Positions 1 through 9,448 of a stretch of DNA of 64,000 nt are shown piece after piece. The stretch covers positions 827-64,826 of the forward strand of contig CAYZRW010000007.1 in the NCBI GenBank assembly GCA_964480955.1, written 5' to 3'. Numbering within the stretch: position 1 is the stretch's first letter; every line of letters begins with the position of its first letter. Source of the stretch: an uncultured Candidatus Bathyarchaeia archaeon (GTDB lineage: Archaea > Thermoproteota > Bathyarchaeia > 40CM-2-53-6 > RBG-13-38-9). The position numbers and the translations under genes are program-made. The notes beneath the pieces are model-generated. The model had not been told where the DNA came from. It saw only the letters and a program-made list of their open reading frames with translations, and did not search any database.

Positions 1-150
1 CTGAAAGAGAATGACCCTCTCTGGGCTGCTGCCGTGGCAAACTCAACCGTTTCGCTGGCTCTCCAAAGAAGGTTGAAGCCAACCTACAAACCGATACTGC
101 GCGAACGTGCGAATGAGCTGTTTGAGAGAGTATTGAGGGTGGCCGGTTGA
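1..150 (+). CDS. 3' end of a gene entering the window, possibly a PfkB-family carbohydrate kinase
   Basis: Open frame 1-150 reads LKENDPLWAAAVANSTVSLALQRR...VAG*. The AAAVAN..S pattern resembles the PfkB C-terminal helix. Partial gene. Confidence 0.35.
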   Translation: MKENDPLWAAAVANSTVSLALQRRLKPTYKPILRERANELFERVLRVAG

Positions 151-193
151 TGAGGCCACCAACTAAGCCTTGCAGGTCCTTTGGGAGGGATCG

Positions 194-1642
194 CTAGTAT
201 GCACGTGCGAAATAGACGACTTTTTCAGCCGGCTTGCCGCAGTATATACAGTTCGACCAGACCAGCTCATCCTCGAATGGGATGGCCCTTATCGTAGCAC
301 CGGTCTCCTCCTTTATCCTGTCTTCACACTCTTGGCTCGAACACCAGCAGGCCCCGAGGAAACCGCCTTTCTCGCGAAGGATCTCCTTGAACTGGTCATA
401 GTTGTCAATTCTTGATGTGTGGCTCTCAAGGAAGCTCTTGGCCCTCTGGAAGAGGCCTTTCTGGACAGACTCCAAAATATCCAAAACCTCCTTGACCAAG
501 CGGTCATTCCCAATCGAGACCTTCTCCCCAGTATCCCTCCTTGCGGCGACGACTCTGTGTTCTCTAATGTCTTTGGGCCCTATCTCGATTCTCAGTGGAA
601 CCCCCTTCATCTCCCACTCGTTGAACTTCCAGCCCGGTGTGAATTGCTCTCTAGAATCGTAGTGAACAGAGAGGTTTGCTGCCCTGAGCTCACTCTGAAC
701 CTCCTTCGCTCTGACATCGCCCACCCTCTTCTCCTCGTCACTGAAGAAGATCGGCACTATCACCACCTGGATCGGCGCGATCTTGGGTGGAAGGACCAGA
801 CCCTTGTCGTCACCATGAACCATGACCACCGCGCCTATCAGCCTCCACGAGACCCCCCAGGAGGTCTGCCACGCATAATGCTCCTTCTCGTCTCGGCCGA
901 GATACTTGATCTCGAAGGGCTTAGAGAAGTTCTGGCCGAGATTATGCGAGGTTCCCATCTGAAGCGCCCTCCCGTCACCCATGATCGCTTCAAGCGTTGT
1001 CGTGTAGAGGGCTCCTACGAACTTCTCACGATCCGTCTTCATTCCAGCAATGACTGGAATCGCAAGGAAATCCTCGACCAAATCATGGTACATGTTCAGA
1101 ATCATCATAACCTCTTTGTCTGCATCTTCCTTGGTCTCGTGAACCGTGTGTCCCTCCTGCCACAGAAACTCACTTGTCCTGATGAAGGGCTTGGTCGCCG
1201 TGATCTCGGCCCTGAGGACTGAGTTCCAGAAATTCAGCAGTAGAGGCAGGTCCCTCCAACTCTTAATCCACTTCGCGTATGAATGGTATGCGATCGTCTC
1301 GGAAGTCGGCCTTGCGGCCAACCGCTCCCCAAGTTCGTTGTCACCGGCGTGAGTGACCCAGAAGACCTCAGGCATGAAGCCTGAGAAGTGCTCAGCCTCC
1401 TTATTGAGCAGGCCCTCAGGAATCAGGACCGGGAAATAAGCGTTCTTGTGCCCAGTATCCTTTATCCTCGCATCAACATACTCACGAATCTTCTCCCATA
1501 TCGAGTAGCCGTAAGGCATCAAGACAATGAAGCCTTTGACAGCCGAGTAGTCCGCGAGTTCAGCCTTTGTCACCACTTGGGTGTACCACTCAGAGTAGTC
1601 CTGAGTCTTGCTGACGGTTATCCCAATGTCCTTCGCACTCAT
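194..1642 (-). CDS. proS: Prolyl-tRNA synthetase (archaeal/eukaryotic type)
   Basis: RPTSET, PFIRTSEFLWQEGHT, QMGTSHNLGQNFS, SWGVSWRLIG, C-terminal FARAY. Confidence 0.97.
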   Translation of the reverse strand: MSAKDIGITVSKTQDYSEWYTQVVTKAELADYSAVKGFIVLMPYGYSIWEKIREYVDARIKDTGHKNAYFPVLIPEGLLNKEAEHFSGFMPEVFWVTHAGDNELGERLAARPTSETIAYHSYAKWIKSWRDLPLLLNFWNSVLRAEITATKPFIRTSEFLWQEGHTVHETKEDADKEVMMILNMYHDLVEDFLAIPVIAGMKTDREKFVGALYTTTLEAIMGDGRALQMGTSHNLGQNFSKPFEIKYLGRDEKEHYAWQTSWGVSWRLIGAVVMVHGDDKGLVLPPKIAPIQVVIVPIFFSDEEKRVGDVRAKEVQSELRAANLSVHYDSREQFTPGWKFNEWEMKGVPLRIEIGPKDIREHRVVAARRDTGEKVSIGNDRLVKEVLDILESVQKGLFQRAKSFLESHTSRIDNYDQFKEILREKGGFLGACWCSSQECEDRIKEETGATIRAIPFEDELVWSNCIYCGKPAEKVVYFARAY

Positions 1643-1806
1643 ACCCTACACGCCACTCCGAACGTTATCCTTAATGCGTAAGCACCCTACTTGTGGAGCT
1701 ACAAGATATAAGTCTCCACTCATCAAAGTTTAGGGCGGGGTCCCTGAAAGCATTATTCAAAATACTTGATTCTGCCAGATATTAGTTAGGTTTCGTCAAA
1801 CCTGTT

Positions 1807-3102
1807 GTGCGTGGTAAGAAGTTGAGAGTCATCGCGGATCTACATGTCCACTCAAGATTCAGCCGAGCCACAAGCCAGTCCATGAACTTGGCTGAGATGG
1901 AGAGGTACGCCCAGATCAAGGGTCTGTCCGTTGTTGGTAGCGGAGACTTTACACATCCACTCTGGATGAGGGAGCTGAAGGGCGAGCTCAAGCCGCTTGA
2001 AGACACCGGACTCTACATACGTGCTTCAAACAACCCCAACATCAGCTTCATGATAACGGCTGAGGTGAGCACCATCTTTGACCATGAAGGCAAGACCAGG
2101 AAGGTTCACCATGTCATATTGTCACCCTCGATAGAGGTTGCTGAGCAAGTATCTGACAGACTGAAGAAATACGGCGACCTCTCAGTAGATGGGCGGCCGA
2201 TTCTAGACGCCTCGGCTCCTGAGCTTGTCGAGGAGATATTGGAGACCTCTGGGGAGAACTTTGTCTTTCCAGCCCACGCCTGGACTCCGTGGTTCAGTGT
2301 CCTCGCCGCTAACGCTGGATTTGACAGCCTCGAGGAATGTTACGGCGACACCTCACGCAAGATATTTGCCCTCGAGACAGGGCTCTCCTCAGACCCCAAG
2401 ATGAATTGGCGAGTAAGTAAGCTTGACAGGTACGCCTTGGTCTCAAATTCAGACAGCCACTCAGCTTGGCCCTGGAGGCTGGGTAGGGAAGCCAACGTCT
2501 TTGAGCTTGAGAGGCCGACTTTCAGAGAGATCACTGACGCAATAAGAAGTAAGGACGCAAGAAGATTCAGGTTCACCATAGAGACCGACCCCTCCTACGG
2601 GAAGTACCACTGGACAGGACACAGAAACTGCGGCGTCTCTATGCCGCCACAAAAGGCAATCTCATCCAAGAACCTCTGTCCAAAATGTCGGAGACCTCTG
2701 ACCAAGGGTGTAGAGCAGAGGGTTGAGGAACTAGCCGATAGGCCTGCCGGATACCGACCTGAGGGAGTGCCGAGTTTCATACATCTGCTCCCACTATCCG
2801 AGATCATTGCCTCTGTCATCAGTGTTGAGCAGCCTTCGAGCCCAAAGGTTTGGAGGCTCTACAACGACTTGGTCATGAGATTTGGAAGTGAGTACAGCGT
2901 CTTGTTAGACGCTACTAGGGAGTCGCTCAGCGAGGTTGTTGATCCCGGCCTGAGCGAGGCCATAATCAGGGTAAGGGAGGATAGGGTCAGAGTCGTTCCA
3001 GGCTATGACGGTGTCTACGGCAGAATCGAGATCTTCAGCTCCCGCCAAGACAGCTCAGAGAAAGAGAATAGAGCCGAACTCAGGCTAGACCACTTCGTTT
3101 AA
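1807..3102 (+). CDS. Endonuclease Q family PHP-domain DNA repair protein
   Basis: DLHVHSRFSRAT, GDFTHP, PAHAWTPWFS, ETGLSSD, SNSDSHS, GKYHWTGHRNC..CPKC zinc finger, PGYDGVYG; PIP-like C-terminus LRLDHF. Confidence 0.88.
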   Translation: MRGKKLRVIADLHVHSRFSRATSQSMNLAEMERYAQIKGLSVVGSGDFTHPLWMRELKGELKPLEDTGLYIRASNNPNISFMITAEVSTIFDHEGKTRKVHHVILSPSIEVAEQVSDRLKKYGDLSVDGRPILDASAPELVEEILETSGENFVFPAHAWTPWFSVLAANAGFDSLEECYGDTSRKIFALETGLSSDPKMNWRVSKLDRYALVSNSDSHSAWPWRLGREANVFELERPTFREITDAIRSKDARRFRFTIETDPSYGKYHWTGHRNCGVSMPPQKAISSKNLCPKCRRPLTKGVEQRVEELADRPAGYRPEGVPSFIHLLPLSEIIASVISVEQPSSPKVWRLYNDLVMRFGSEYSVLLDATRESLSEVVDPGLSEAIIRVREDRVRVVPGYDGVYGRIEIFSSRQDSSEKENRAELRLDHFV

Positions 3103-3108
3103 CCAGGG

Positions 3109-3708
3109 TCAAAGTATCTTGGTCAGTTTTTCTAGGTAGTTGAGCAGCTCCTTCTTCTCTTTGGCGGCGAAGTCGAGGTTTGGCTCAATGGACTTTGAGG
3201 CGACCTGGAATGCTCGATTCGAGAATTCGCCGGACCATTTTCCAGCCCTGATCTCGATGAGTAGCTTTGTCAGCTCATCGATCTGCCTGTCCAGTTCTCT
3301 GCTTCTGTTCTGCAGAATGTTGACGCTAAGGCTCTTCTTCTCTTTTAGGTATGTGATTTCTTTCTCCTGTTTCTTAAGCAGTTCTTCGTAGAGGTTTCTG
3401 GGAATCGTCTGCTCTTTAAGGAGGTTGTTGAGGGCTGTGAGCCTCCGCTGTGCTGAATCAATCTCTTTCAGAAGGGCCTCAACTTCAACCTTCCATTGGG
3501 AAACAACTATGACTTCTCCTCGGTCCATGGTGATTCGGTCTACAGGAATTCTCTCCAGTTCACCATTCCCCTTCTCAACCTCCACCGCTTCCATTTCTCC
3601 ATAATCATTCAGGGAGATTCCGATGATCCTGCCTAGGTTTCTGCCGTAGGTGTCAGAGGTCTTCTTCCCGAGAAAACTCTTCAACTCAGACTCTGACAGT
3701 TCCGACAT
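3109..3708 (-). CDS. cdvA: CdvA-like protein, second paralogue (PRC barrel plus coiled coil)
   Basis: FLGKKTSDTYGRNLGRIIG PRC-barrel start, then W.VE...L.KE....RR..AL..L helix; colinear with 8030-8749. Confidence 0.8.
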   Translation of the reverse strand: MSELSESELKSFLGKKTSDTYGRNLGRIIGISLNDYGEMEAVEVEKGNGELERIPVDRITMDRGEVIVVSQWKVEVEALLKEIDSAQRRLTALNNLLKEQTIPRNLYEELLKKQEKEITYLKEKKSLSVNILQNRSRELDRQIDELTKLLIEIRAGKWSGEFSNRAFQVASKSIEPNLDFAAKEKKELLNYLEKLTKIL

Positions 3709-3726
3709 TTTATCTGGCTTTTCCGT

Positions 3727-4353
3727 TTAGTCTTGCAGGGAGGAGCCCGGCTCTCTTGTAGGAATCGGGGGCATCTCAGGGAATCTCTCACGCATCCTCT
3801 GCTCGGCCAGAGTCGTGGCTTCCTTCAGTATCTTCTCTGACTCCTCTGTCGGCACGCTCAAGTCGAAGGTCTGTTCGGTCGACTGGCCTACTTCCAGAAC
3901 TACTGATTGCAGCGCGTCGTTAACGTCACCAAGCTCTGTGGAGATGTCGGGCATGAGGTCTTGAAGGTCAGTCCTGACCTTGCCCACGACGGCTCCTACA
4001 GAACTCATTGCGTAGGCTATGTCGCCGAAGTCTCTGACGGTCTCAAGTCTGAGGGCCACCCGCTCAAGTGCTAGTTGACTCCTCAGCGTGACAAGAACCA
4101 TCTTCCTGATCTCTGCGCATTCATTTGCATACATCGATGCTTGGGCGTTGTTCTTGCCTTGTATGGCTGAGACACATCTTGAGTATATCGCCTTGTCCCT
4201 TGCCTGAAGTTGGTAGGTCTTCGCCTCCAAACGTCGAAGCTGAACCTGAAGTCTATGCAGGGTTGTGTTCAGCCGCCGCCTTACAGGAGTAGGATGTATG
4301 ATTTCCCTAATCCTCTCGCCAAACGATGGTTTGTTCCTAAACATTCTTATCAC
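3727..4353 (-). CDS. ESCRT-III / Snf7 family protein (CdvB paralogue, no wH domain)
   Basis: YANECAEIRKM...QLALERVALRLETVRDFGD core; C-terminal RFPEMP MIM2-like motif. Confidence 0.88.
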   Translation of the reverse strand: MIRMFRNKPSFGERIREIIHPTPVRRRLNTTLHRLQVQLRRLEAKTYQLQARDKAIYSRCVSAIQGKNNAQASMYANECAEIRKMVLVTLRSQLALERVALRLETVRDFGDIAYAMSSVGAVVGKVRTDLQDLMPDISTELGDVNDALQSVVLEVGQSTEQTFDLSVPTEESEKILKEATTLAEQRMRERFPEMPPIPTREPGSSLQD

Positions 4354-4358
4354 TTAAT

Positions 4359-5045
4359 CTAGTGCATCGTTATTCTAGGTTTCTCTAGGTGAATCTCGCG
4401 GCCTGCAATCTTTGCCGCGCGAGGGCTGTTCGTCGTCATAATGATCGTTCTACCATATATATGTCTCAATCCTCTGAGGACAGGCAACAAGACATTTACT
4501 GACTGTGGATCCAGGTTGCCTGTAGGCTCGTCCAACAGGAGTATCTTGGGCTCAGCTGCGAGGGCTCTGGCCATCCCCGCCTTCTTGGCCTCGCCGAAGC
4601 TGAGGCTGGCAGGGTTGAAGCGGGCCTTATCCAGGATTCCAAAGAATTCCAGCAACTCACGAGCATAACTGTCAAACTTTTCACCGTCCCTTCGGGACAG
4701 GTCATGGACCAACCTAATATTCTCCTCAACAGTCAAGCCTGATACTAAGGCATACGACTGGAAGAGTATACCAAGGGCGCGTGATCTCATGTTGGCCAGA
4801 GCGCCTGCACTCAGCGATGAGAGGTCTCTTCCAAGGATCTTGATGGAGCCTCTCGTCGGCTTGTCGAGACCCGCTAGCAGGTTGATTAGAGTCGTCTTGC
4901 CGGTGCCTGAAGCACCTGTGATCGCCACAAAATCCCCTTCGCTGACGCTGAAGCTCAACCCGTTGAAGAGGTGTATGAGTGAGGATCCGTCTCTGAATGT
5001 CCTGTGAAGATCCTCAACCCAGACCACGGGCGTATTGTTCGTCAC
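4359..5045 (-). CDS. ABC ATPase, LolD/FtsE/MacB-like
   Basis: Walker A GASGTGKT, degenerate signature LSFGE, Walker B LLLDEPTGNLD. Start most likely GTG at 5045, overlapping the upstream stop (GTGA), rather than 5225. Confidence 0.88.
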   Translation of the reverse strand: MTNNTPVVWVEDLHRTFRDGSSLIHLFNGLSFSVSEGDFVAITGASGTGKTTLINLLAGLDKPTRGSIKILGRDLSSLSAGALANMRSRALGILFQSYALVSGLTVEENIRLVHDLSRRDGEKFDSYARELLEFFGILDKARFNPASLSFGEAKKAGMARALAAEPKILLLDEPTGNLDPQSVNVLLPVLRGLRHIYGRTIIMTTNSPRAAKIAGREIHLEKPRITMH

Positions 5046-5527
5046 TGCCTCAGCGCCTCCGGAATGTTCAGGCGAAAAGTGTAGGCCAAGCCGTATGTCC
5101 CGGCGAGGAGAGTTGGGACTAGGATCGCTGCGGACAGTAGGACCGTCAGGAGACTCGGGGAGATAGCTACTGATCCGACGTAGTAGATCAAAAGAAGGTA
5201 TCCTGAGGCTACTCCGAGCAGGCAACTTAGGGAGTTCTGGAGAAGAGTCTTCCCGACTAGGGCGAGTCCGAGTGTTCGCCCGCGAACGCCTAGAGCCAGT
5301 AGAACAGCGACGTCGCGTCGCCTGTTCATCAGTCCCACTAGGACCTCGTTCATGGTCAGGGATAGGATTGCGAGGATGACTATTGCTGTGACTGTGAAGA
5401 TTCCGGCTGAGTTGTGGGAGAGAACCATCATGAGTACAGTTGCCAATACGGTTGCCGTCACAAATGAATACGGAGTATGTCGTTGGGGCTTGATGAAGAG
5501 CTTGAGGAGGAGTAACTTTCTAACCAT
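5042..5527 (-). CDS. Small FtsX/LolC-like ABC permease (about 4 TM, no extracytoplasmic domain)
   Basis: NRRRDVAVLLALGV matches the FtsX-family RxxEhAhhxALG motif; C-terminal RLNIPEALR; translationally coupled to the ATPase. Confidence 0.75.
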   Translation of the reverse strand: MVRKLLLLKLFIKPQRHTPYSFVTATVLATVLMMVLSHNSAGIFTVTAIVILAILSLTMNEVLVGLMNRRRDVAVLLALGVRGRTLGLALVGKTLLQNSLSCLLGVASGYLLLIYYVGSVAISPSLLTVLLSAAILVPTLLAGTYGLAYTFRLNIPEALRQ

Positions 5528-5546
5528 TTCCCTGAGGAACCCTCTT

Positions 5547-6029
5547 CTACTTGTTCAGAGACCCTTCAGCCATCATTCTGAGAAAGTTCTCAATCTTGCC
5601 ATCCTGGTAAGTCTTGATTACTGATGCAGCATATTCTATCTTGACGTTGAGCTCTCGAAGTTTGGATATGACCTCGTCTATGTCTTCCTTGCTCTTTCCG
5701 ACAAGTTGGACTATACTTTCTGGCGATCCTAAAGAGCTGACTACAGTAACCGTTTGCGGCAAAGTAGAGATCTTCTTCAGCACAACATCTCGCTCAGAGT
5801 GCGTCGGAAAACTCGCACCCAAGTATACCTGTTCTGTCAGACCCAACTTCTGAAGGTCAAGGGTAACCGTGTAGTCTCTGATTATGCCCAAGCCCTCCAG
5901 CTTGTTTATTCTGTATGCGACGACGTTTGGATGTAGACCAAGCCTTCGGCCTATGCTCGCAAGAGTAGCCTTGGAATTGTGGACGAGTTCTGCAAGGATC
6001 TTCAGGTCTGTTGAGTTGATGATCGCCAT
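5547..6029 (-). CDS. Lrp/AsnC family transcriptional regulator
   Basis: DLKILAELVHNSKATLASIGRRLGLHPNVVAYRINKLEGLGIIRDY HTH plus RAM-like domain. Confidence 0.9.
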   Translation of the reverse strand: MAIINSTDLKILAELVHNSKATLASIGRRLGLHPNVVAYRINKLEGLGIIRDYTVTLDLQKLGLTEQVYLGASFPTHSERDVVLKKISTLPQTVTVVSSLGSPESIVQLVGKSKEDIDEVISKLRELNVKIEYAASVIKTYQDGKIENFLRMMAEGSLNK

Positions 6030-6041
6030 TGAGTCGTCCCT

Positions 6042-7181
6042 TCAGTCGGCTTTGAAGCCCTCAGACCACTTCTTGTGGTAATTCATCATGTCTTGGGATA
6101 GGCTTGGCCTTCTGACTCGGAAGACATCTAGGAAGTCCTTCATCATTATGGGTCGCGGCTGAGTCTGCCTGTCGTTCGGGTCACCTTTCTCGAAGAGTTC
6201 CCTGACCACCCTGATCTGTGTCGCTTGGAAGGTGTCACGTATGTCGCTGCCAGAATACCCCTCCGTTATCTTGGCTAACTCCTCAAAGTCGATGTCGCCT
6301 CCAACCCTGAGGTTCTTCGAGAAGATCTTGAACATCTCAAGTCTCGCGTTTATGTCTGGCAGGGGGATGAAGATCCTCTTCTGGAACCTTCTTCTGAACG
6401 GTTCGTCCAGGGCCCAGGGCTTGTTTGTCGCACCTATGATGTAGATGTGGAGCATCTTCTTCTTGTCAATTACACTATCCATCTCTTTGAGGAACTGGTT
6501 TCGAGTTCTTACTTCGCCTCCGACCTCCGCAGACCGGATTCCTACGAGTGAATCTATCTCGTCGATGAAGATGATTGCGGGCTTTCCATTCATGCTCACC
6601 CTCCTCGCGTCCTCAAACAGGTGAGCAACGTTCTTTTCAGACTCGCCCAACCATTTTGACATTATCGACGCTGCGTCGACGCAGAAGAAGGTGGCGTCGA
6701 TCTCTGTCGCAACTGCCGCCGCCATAAGCGTCTTGCCGCATCCTGGGGGACCGAAGAAGAGTATGCCTCGGGGCCACCCGAGCGGGAAAAGGTCTGACCT
6801 CTTGGCTGGGAATATTATCGATTCCTCAATGGCCCTCTTTGCCTCCATCAGGTTAGCTATGTCTTCCCACCTGACGTTCGGTTTCTCACTGAGAACTAGC
6901 TGATCAAATCTCGCCTCGTCGCCCGAGGGTGGGCTCGCTATCGGCTTCTGATGGTCTACGTGGTTCTGGAGTTCCTTGACTCTTCTCCTGTAGGATTCAG
7001 CGTGCTCCATGTATACGTAGTTTTGGGAAGCATTCGGGTAGAGAGCGCATAACTTTAGAAGAACCTCGACCGCCCTTTGGTACTTCGCTATCGCCAGACC
7101 CCTGGAGCCCTGCCTATCCAGCAGTATGGCCTCGGTTGCGTACTTGACCGCTATCTTCTCAAGCTCTTCGGAAGCTGACAT
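6042..7181 (-). CDS. cdvC: CdvC / Vps4 AAA+ ATPase with N-terminal MIT domain
   Basis: MIT helices (AIAKYQRAVEVL), FPLGWPRGILFFGPPGCGKT, SKWLGESEK, IIFIDEID, GATNKPW.LD. Confidence 0.93.
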   Translation of the reverse strand: MSASEELEKIAVKYATEAILLDRQGSRGLAIAKYQRAVEVLLKLCALYPNASQNYVYMEHAESYRRRVKELQNHVDHQKPIASPPSGDEARFDQLVLSEKPNVRWEDIANLMEAKRAIEESIIFPAKRSDLFPLGWPRGILFFGPPGCGKTLMAAAVATEIDATFFCVDAASIMSKWLGESEKNVAHLFEDARRVSMNGKPAIIFIDEIDSLVGIRSAEVGGEVRTRNQFLKEMDSVIDKKKMLHIYIIGATNKPWALDEPFRRRFQKRIFIPLPDINARLEMFKIFSKNLRVGGDIDFEELAKITEGYSGSDIRDTFQATQIRVVRELFEKGDPNDRQTQPRPIMMKDFLDVFRVRRPSLSQDMMNYHKKWSEGFKAD

Positions 7182-7234
7182 GGAAGTCCCTCCGGACAGT
7201 CGATGAAGAATTGTTGGGTGAATGTCCCGGTTCT

Positions 7235-7969
7235 CTACTCCACAACAACCTTCCCTTTCTCCTTCAACCGATCTATTGCTTTCATGACGTCACTTGGGGT
7301 TCTGGAAAGTTTGCTTGCGCATTCTGAGACCGAGACTCTTCCTTCATGGGACTCTATATACGATAGAACCTGTTCAAGGAGAGGCTGCTCCAGTTCCTGA
7401 CCTGTCGGCTGGTCATCCTTGGCTTCAACCATGGAGCCTTGCCCTTCCTGAAAGGGCAGCTCAGGGAATTGTTCGCGTGTCCTTTGATCCGCTATCGACC
7501 TCGACTCTTCCAGAACTTGCTTCGCATCCTCGCTTGAGACCTGGATCTCAAGGTCGCTTGGAGGCACCTGGCCCGTCTCCGCGTTTAGATCAGCAAGTAT
7601 TGACGTGACCTTCTCCAGTTCGCCTGCAACGTCGGGAACGAAACCCGCTATCTCACCCTTGGTTTCCCTGACTACCTCCATGACAGGCGCCAGATTCACC
7701 AGTGTTTCCCCATACTGCTCAACCGTCTCAAGTCTGAGTATCACCCTCTCGAGTGCGAGTTGGACACCCTTGGCTGTCTTGAACATCTTCCTGACTTCGG
7801 CGCATTCGTTAGCGTAGATCTTTGCGTGGTTTTCGTCACCGGTCACCTGTGCGCCGATGCATCTTTGAAAGATCTCACTGTCCCTTTGGCATAGTCGCTC
7901 AGTTACGTTTTCGAGCTTATCCTTTTGGAGAGTCAGCTTGTAGAGGATCTCTGTGATCCTCTCCTTCAA
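7235..7969 (-). CDS. cdvB: CdvB ESCRT-III protein with C-terminal winged helix
   Basis: YANECAEVRKM..QLALERVILRLETV core, QFPELP motif, C-terminal VLSYIESHEGRVSVSECASKL wH domain; lies between cdvA and cdvC. Confidence 0.88.
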   Translation of the reverse strand: MKERITEILYKLTLQKDKLENVTERLCQRDSEIFQRCIGAQVTGDENHAKIYANECAEVRKMFKTAKGVQLALERVILRLETVEQYGETLVNLAPVMEVVRETKGEIAGFVPDVAGELEKVTSILADLNAETGQVPPSDLEIQVSSEDAKQVLEESRSIADQRTREQFPELPFQEGQGSMVEAKDDQPTGQELEQPLLEQVLSYIESHEGRVSVSECASKLSRTPSDVMKAIDRLKEKGKVVVE

Positions 7970-8029
7970 TGTAGGCGGGATGCGTGTCCTCCAGCCACTC
8001 CTTCTGGAAGAGAAGAAGTCTGATCCCTC

Positions 8030-8749
8030 TTACGGCTCCATTCGAACTATGACTATATCTCGGGGTCCTCCAGTCTTTGTGAGACCAAAGGTCTGCTCTG
8101 ACGTCTGCTGAGGCTTTGTCTCCGGCTTTGGTTCCCCCACATCTTCAGCGCTGTCACGCATGAATATCAGACTACTAATCTTATCGTCAATGTTCTTCCT
8201 CTCTGACGAGAAGCGGTTCAACCCTTCCTGGATCGCCTCATTCGCCAGACAGTATTCTTCCTCACCAATCTCGCCTGACGTGTACTGCATCTTGTTGTTG
8301 GCCATTATGGACTGAATCAGCTTTGTCTGTTCATCAAGCCTTTGAGATCTATCAGCAAGCTTCTTGATGGTTGCCTCAGCCCTATTCAAGAGGTCTTCTC
8401 TGGCTTTGCGATACTCTTCCTTCAGTCTCTTGTATGCGGCCTCCTCAATGTCCCCACTGGAGTATAGTTCGTCCAGAGCATGATCTCTGCGTCTGAGCAG
8501 GTCAAGTTCCTTAGTCAGCTCATCCGCCTCGACACTCCACTCCTGGTGAACTATCAGCGTCACTCCGTTGGTTGATACCTGTCTAGTTGGGAAGTTTTCG
8601 AACTCCCCATGTCCCAGTTCGACACTAATGCTGTCGACGCAACCCTTGATGTCTGAGGTTACTCCTACTAGCCTGCCCAAGCTCTTTCCATAGGAATCCT
8701 TGACGGTTCTTCCTATGAACCTTCTAAGGTCGTCCATAGTCGAACTCAC
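8030..8749 (-). CDS. cdvA: Cell division protein CdvA
   Basis: FIGRTVKDSYGKSLGRLVG PRC barrel, coiled coil, C-terminal IVIVRM beta-strand (CdvB wH-binding type). Confidence 0.85.
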   Translation of the reverse strand: MSSTMDDLRRFIGRTVKDSYGKSLGRLVGVTSDIKGCVDSISVELGHGEFENFPTRQVSTNGVTLIVHQEWSVEADELTKELDLLRRRDHALDELYSSGDIEEAAYKRLKEEYRKAREDLLNRAEATIKKLADRSQRLDEQTKLIQSIMANNKMQYTSGEIGEEEYCLANEAIQEGLNRFSSERKNIDDKISSLIFMRDSAEDVGEPKPETKPQQTSEQTFGLTKTGGPRDIVIVRMEP

Positions 8750-8773
8750 GTTCTGAAACCTCCAGACAGTGGG

Positions 8774-9448
8774 CTAGACTGGGTATTGGTCGGCTCCAGC
8801 TTCCGAGGCCTTCACTCTATAAGGTGTGGAGACCCTCGGCAAGTCTGGGAACTTCTCGAGCATCTTCTGTTCTGCTACGACAGTGGCCTCGCCAAGTATC
8901 TTTTGCGCTTCTTGGTTGAATGCTACGTCATCATACGACTGCCCTGTAGCTTGACCTACTTCAATGACTACGCTGTTGAGAGTCTCACCAATCTCTCCGA
9001 GCTCGTATGAGACTTCAGGTATGACGCCGCTGATCTGAGACTTGATCGCCCTGACAACGTCCGCCACCGGACCCATCGTTGAGGCTATATCACCGAACTC
9101 CCTGATGGTCTCAAGTCTCAGAGTCACCTGTTCCAAAGCCAGCTGGCAACGCAGGGCTATTGAGGCCATCTTCCTGATTTCTGCACACTCACTGGCGTAC
9201 AGTGCCGCCCTAGAGGTGTCTTTGGCCATCTGGGCAGAGACGCATTTGTCAAAGAGGTTCTTGTCGTGTCTCTGCATTCTGAGGATAGAGTTCTCAAGCC
9301 TAGTCTGCTGAGACTTCAGTCGGTATATTGACTGCGAAACCCTCTCCTTCAACGGGATTGGCGGGCGGATGTGCTTTGATATCCAAGGAAAAGACACTGC
9401 CGATTCTCTACCGTCGCTATCCCAGTTCTTCATGATATCACGCGGCAT
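8774..9448 (-). CDS. ESCRT-III / Snf7 family protein (CdvB paralogue)
   Basis: YASECAEIRKM...QLALEQVTLRLETIREFGD; KFPDLP motif. Confidence 0.88.
   Translation of the reverse strand: MPRDIMKNWDSDGRESAVSFPWISKHIRPPIPLKERVSQSIYRLKSQQTRLENSILRMQRHDKNLFDKCVSAQMAKDTSRAALYASECAEIRKMASIALRCQLALEQVTLRLETIREFGDIASTMGPVADVVRAIKSQISGVIPEVSYELGEIGETLNSVVIEVGQATGQSYDDVAFNQEAQKILGEATVVAEQKMLEKFPDLPRVSTPYRVKASEAGADQYPV

Noticed and set aside
419-1222. Long antisense and alternative-frame ORFs (for example 419-1222, 12966-13574, 17924-18520, 28615-29193, 55093-55758)
   Set aside because: They overlap well-supported genes on the opposite strand and show no recognisable motifs.
5046-5225. 60-aa N-terminal extension of the ABC ATPase in the ORF track
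   Set aside because: It overlaps the permease gene; the GTG at 5045 coupled to the permease stop gives a normal-length ATPase.
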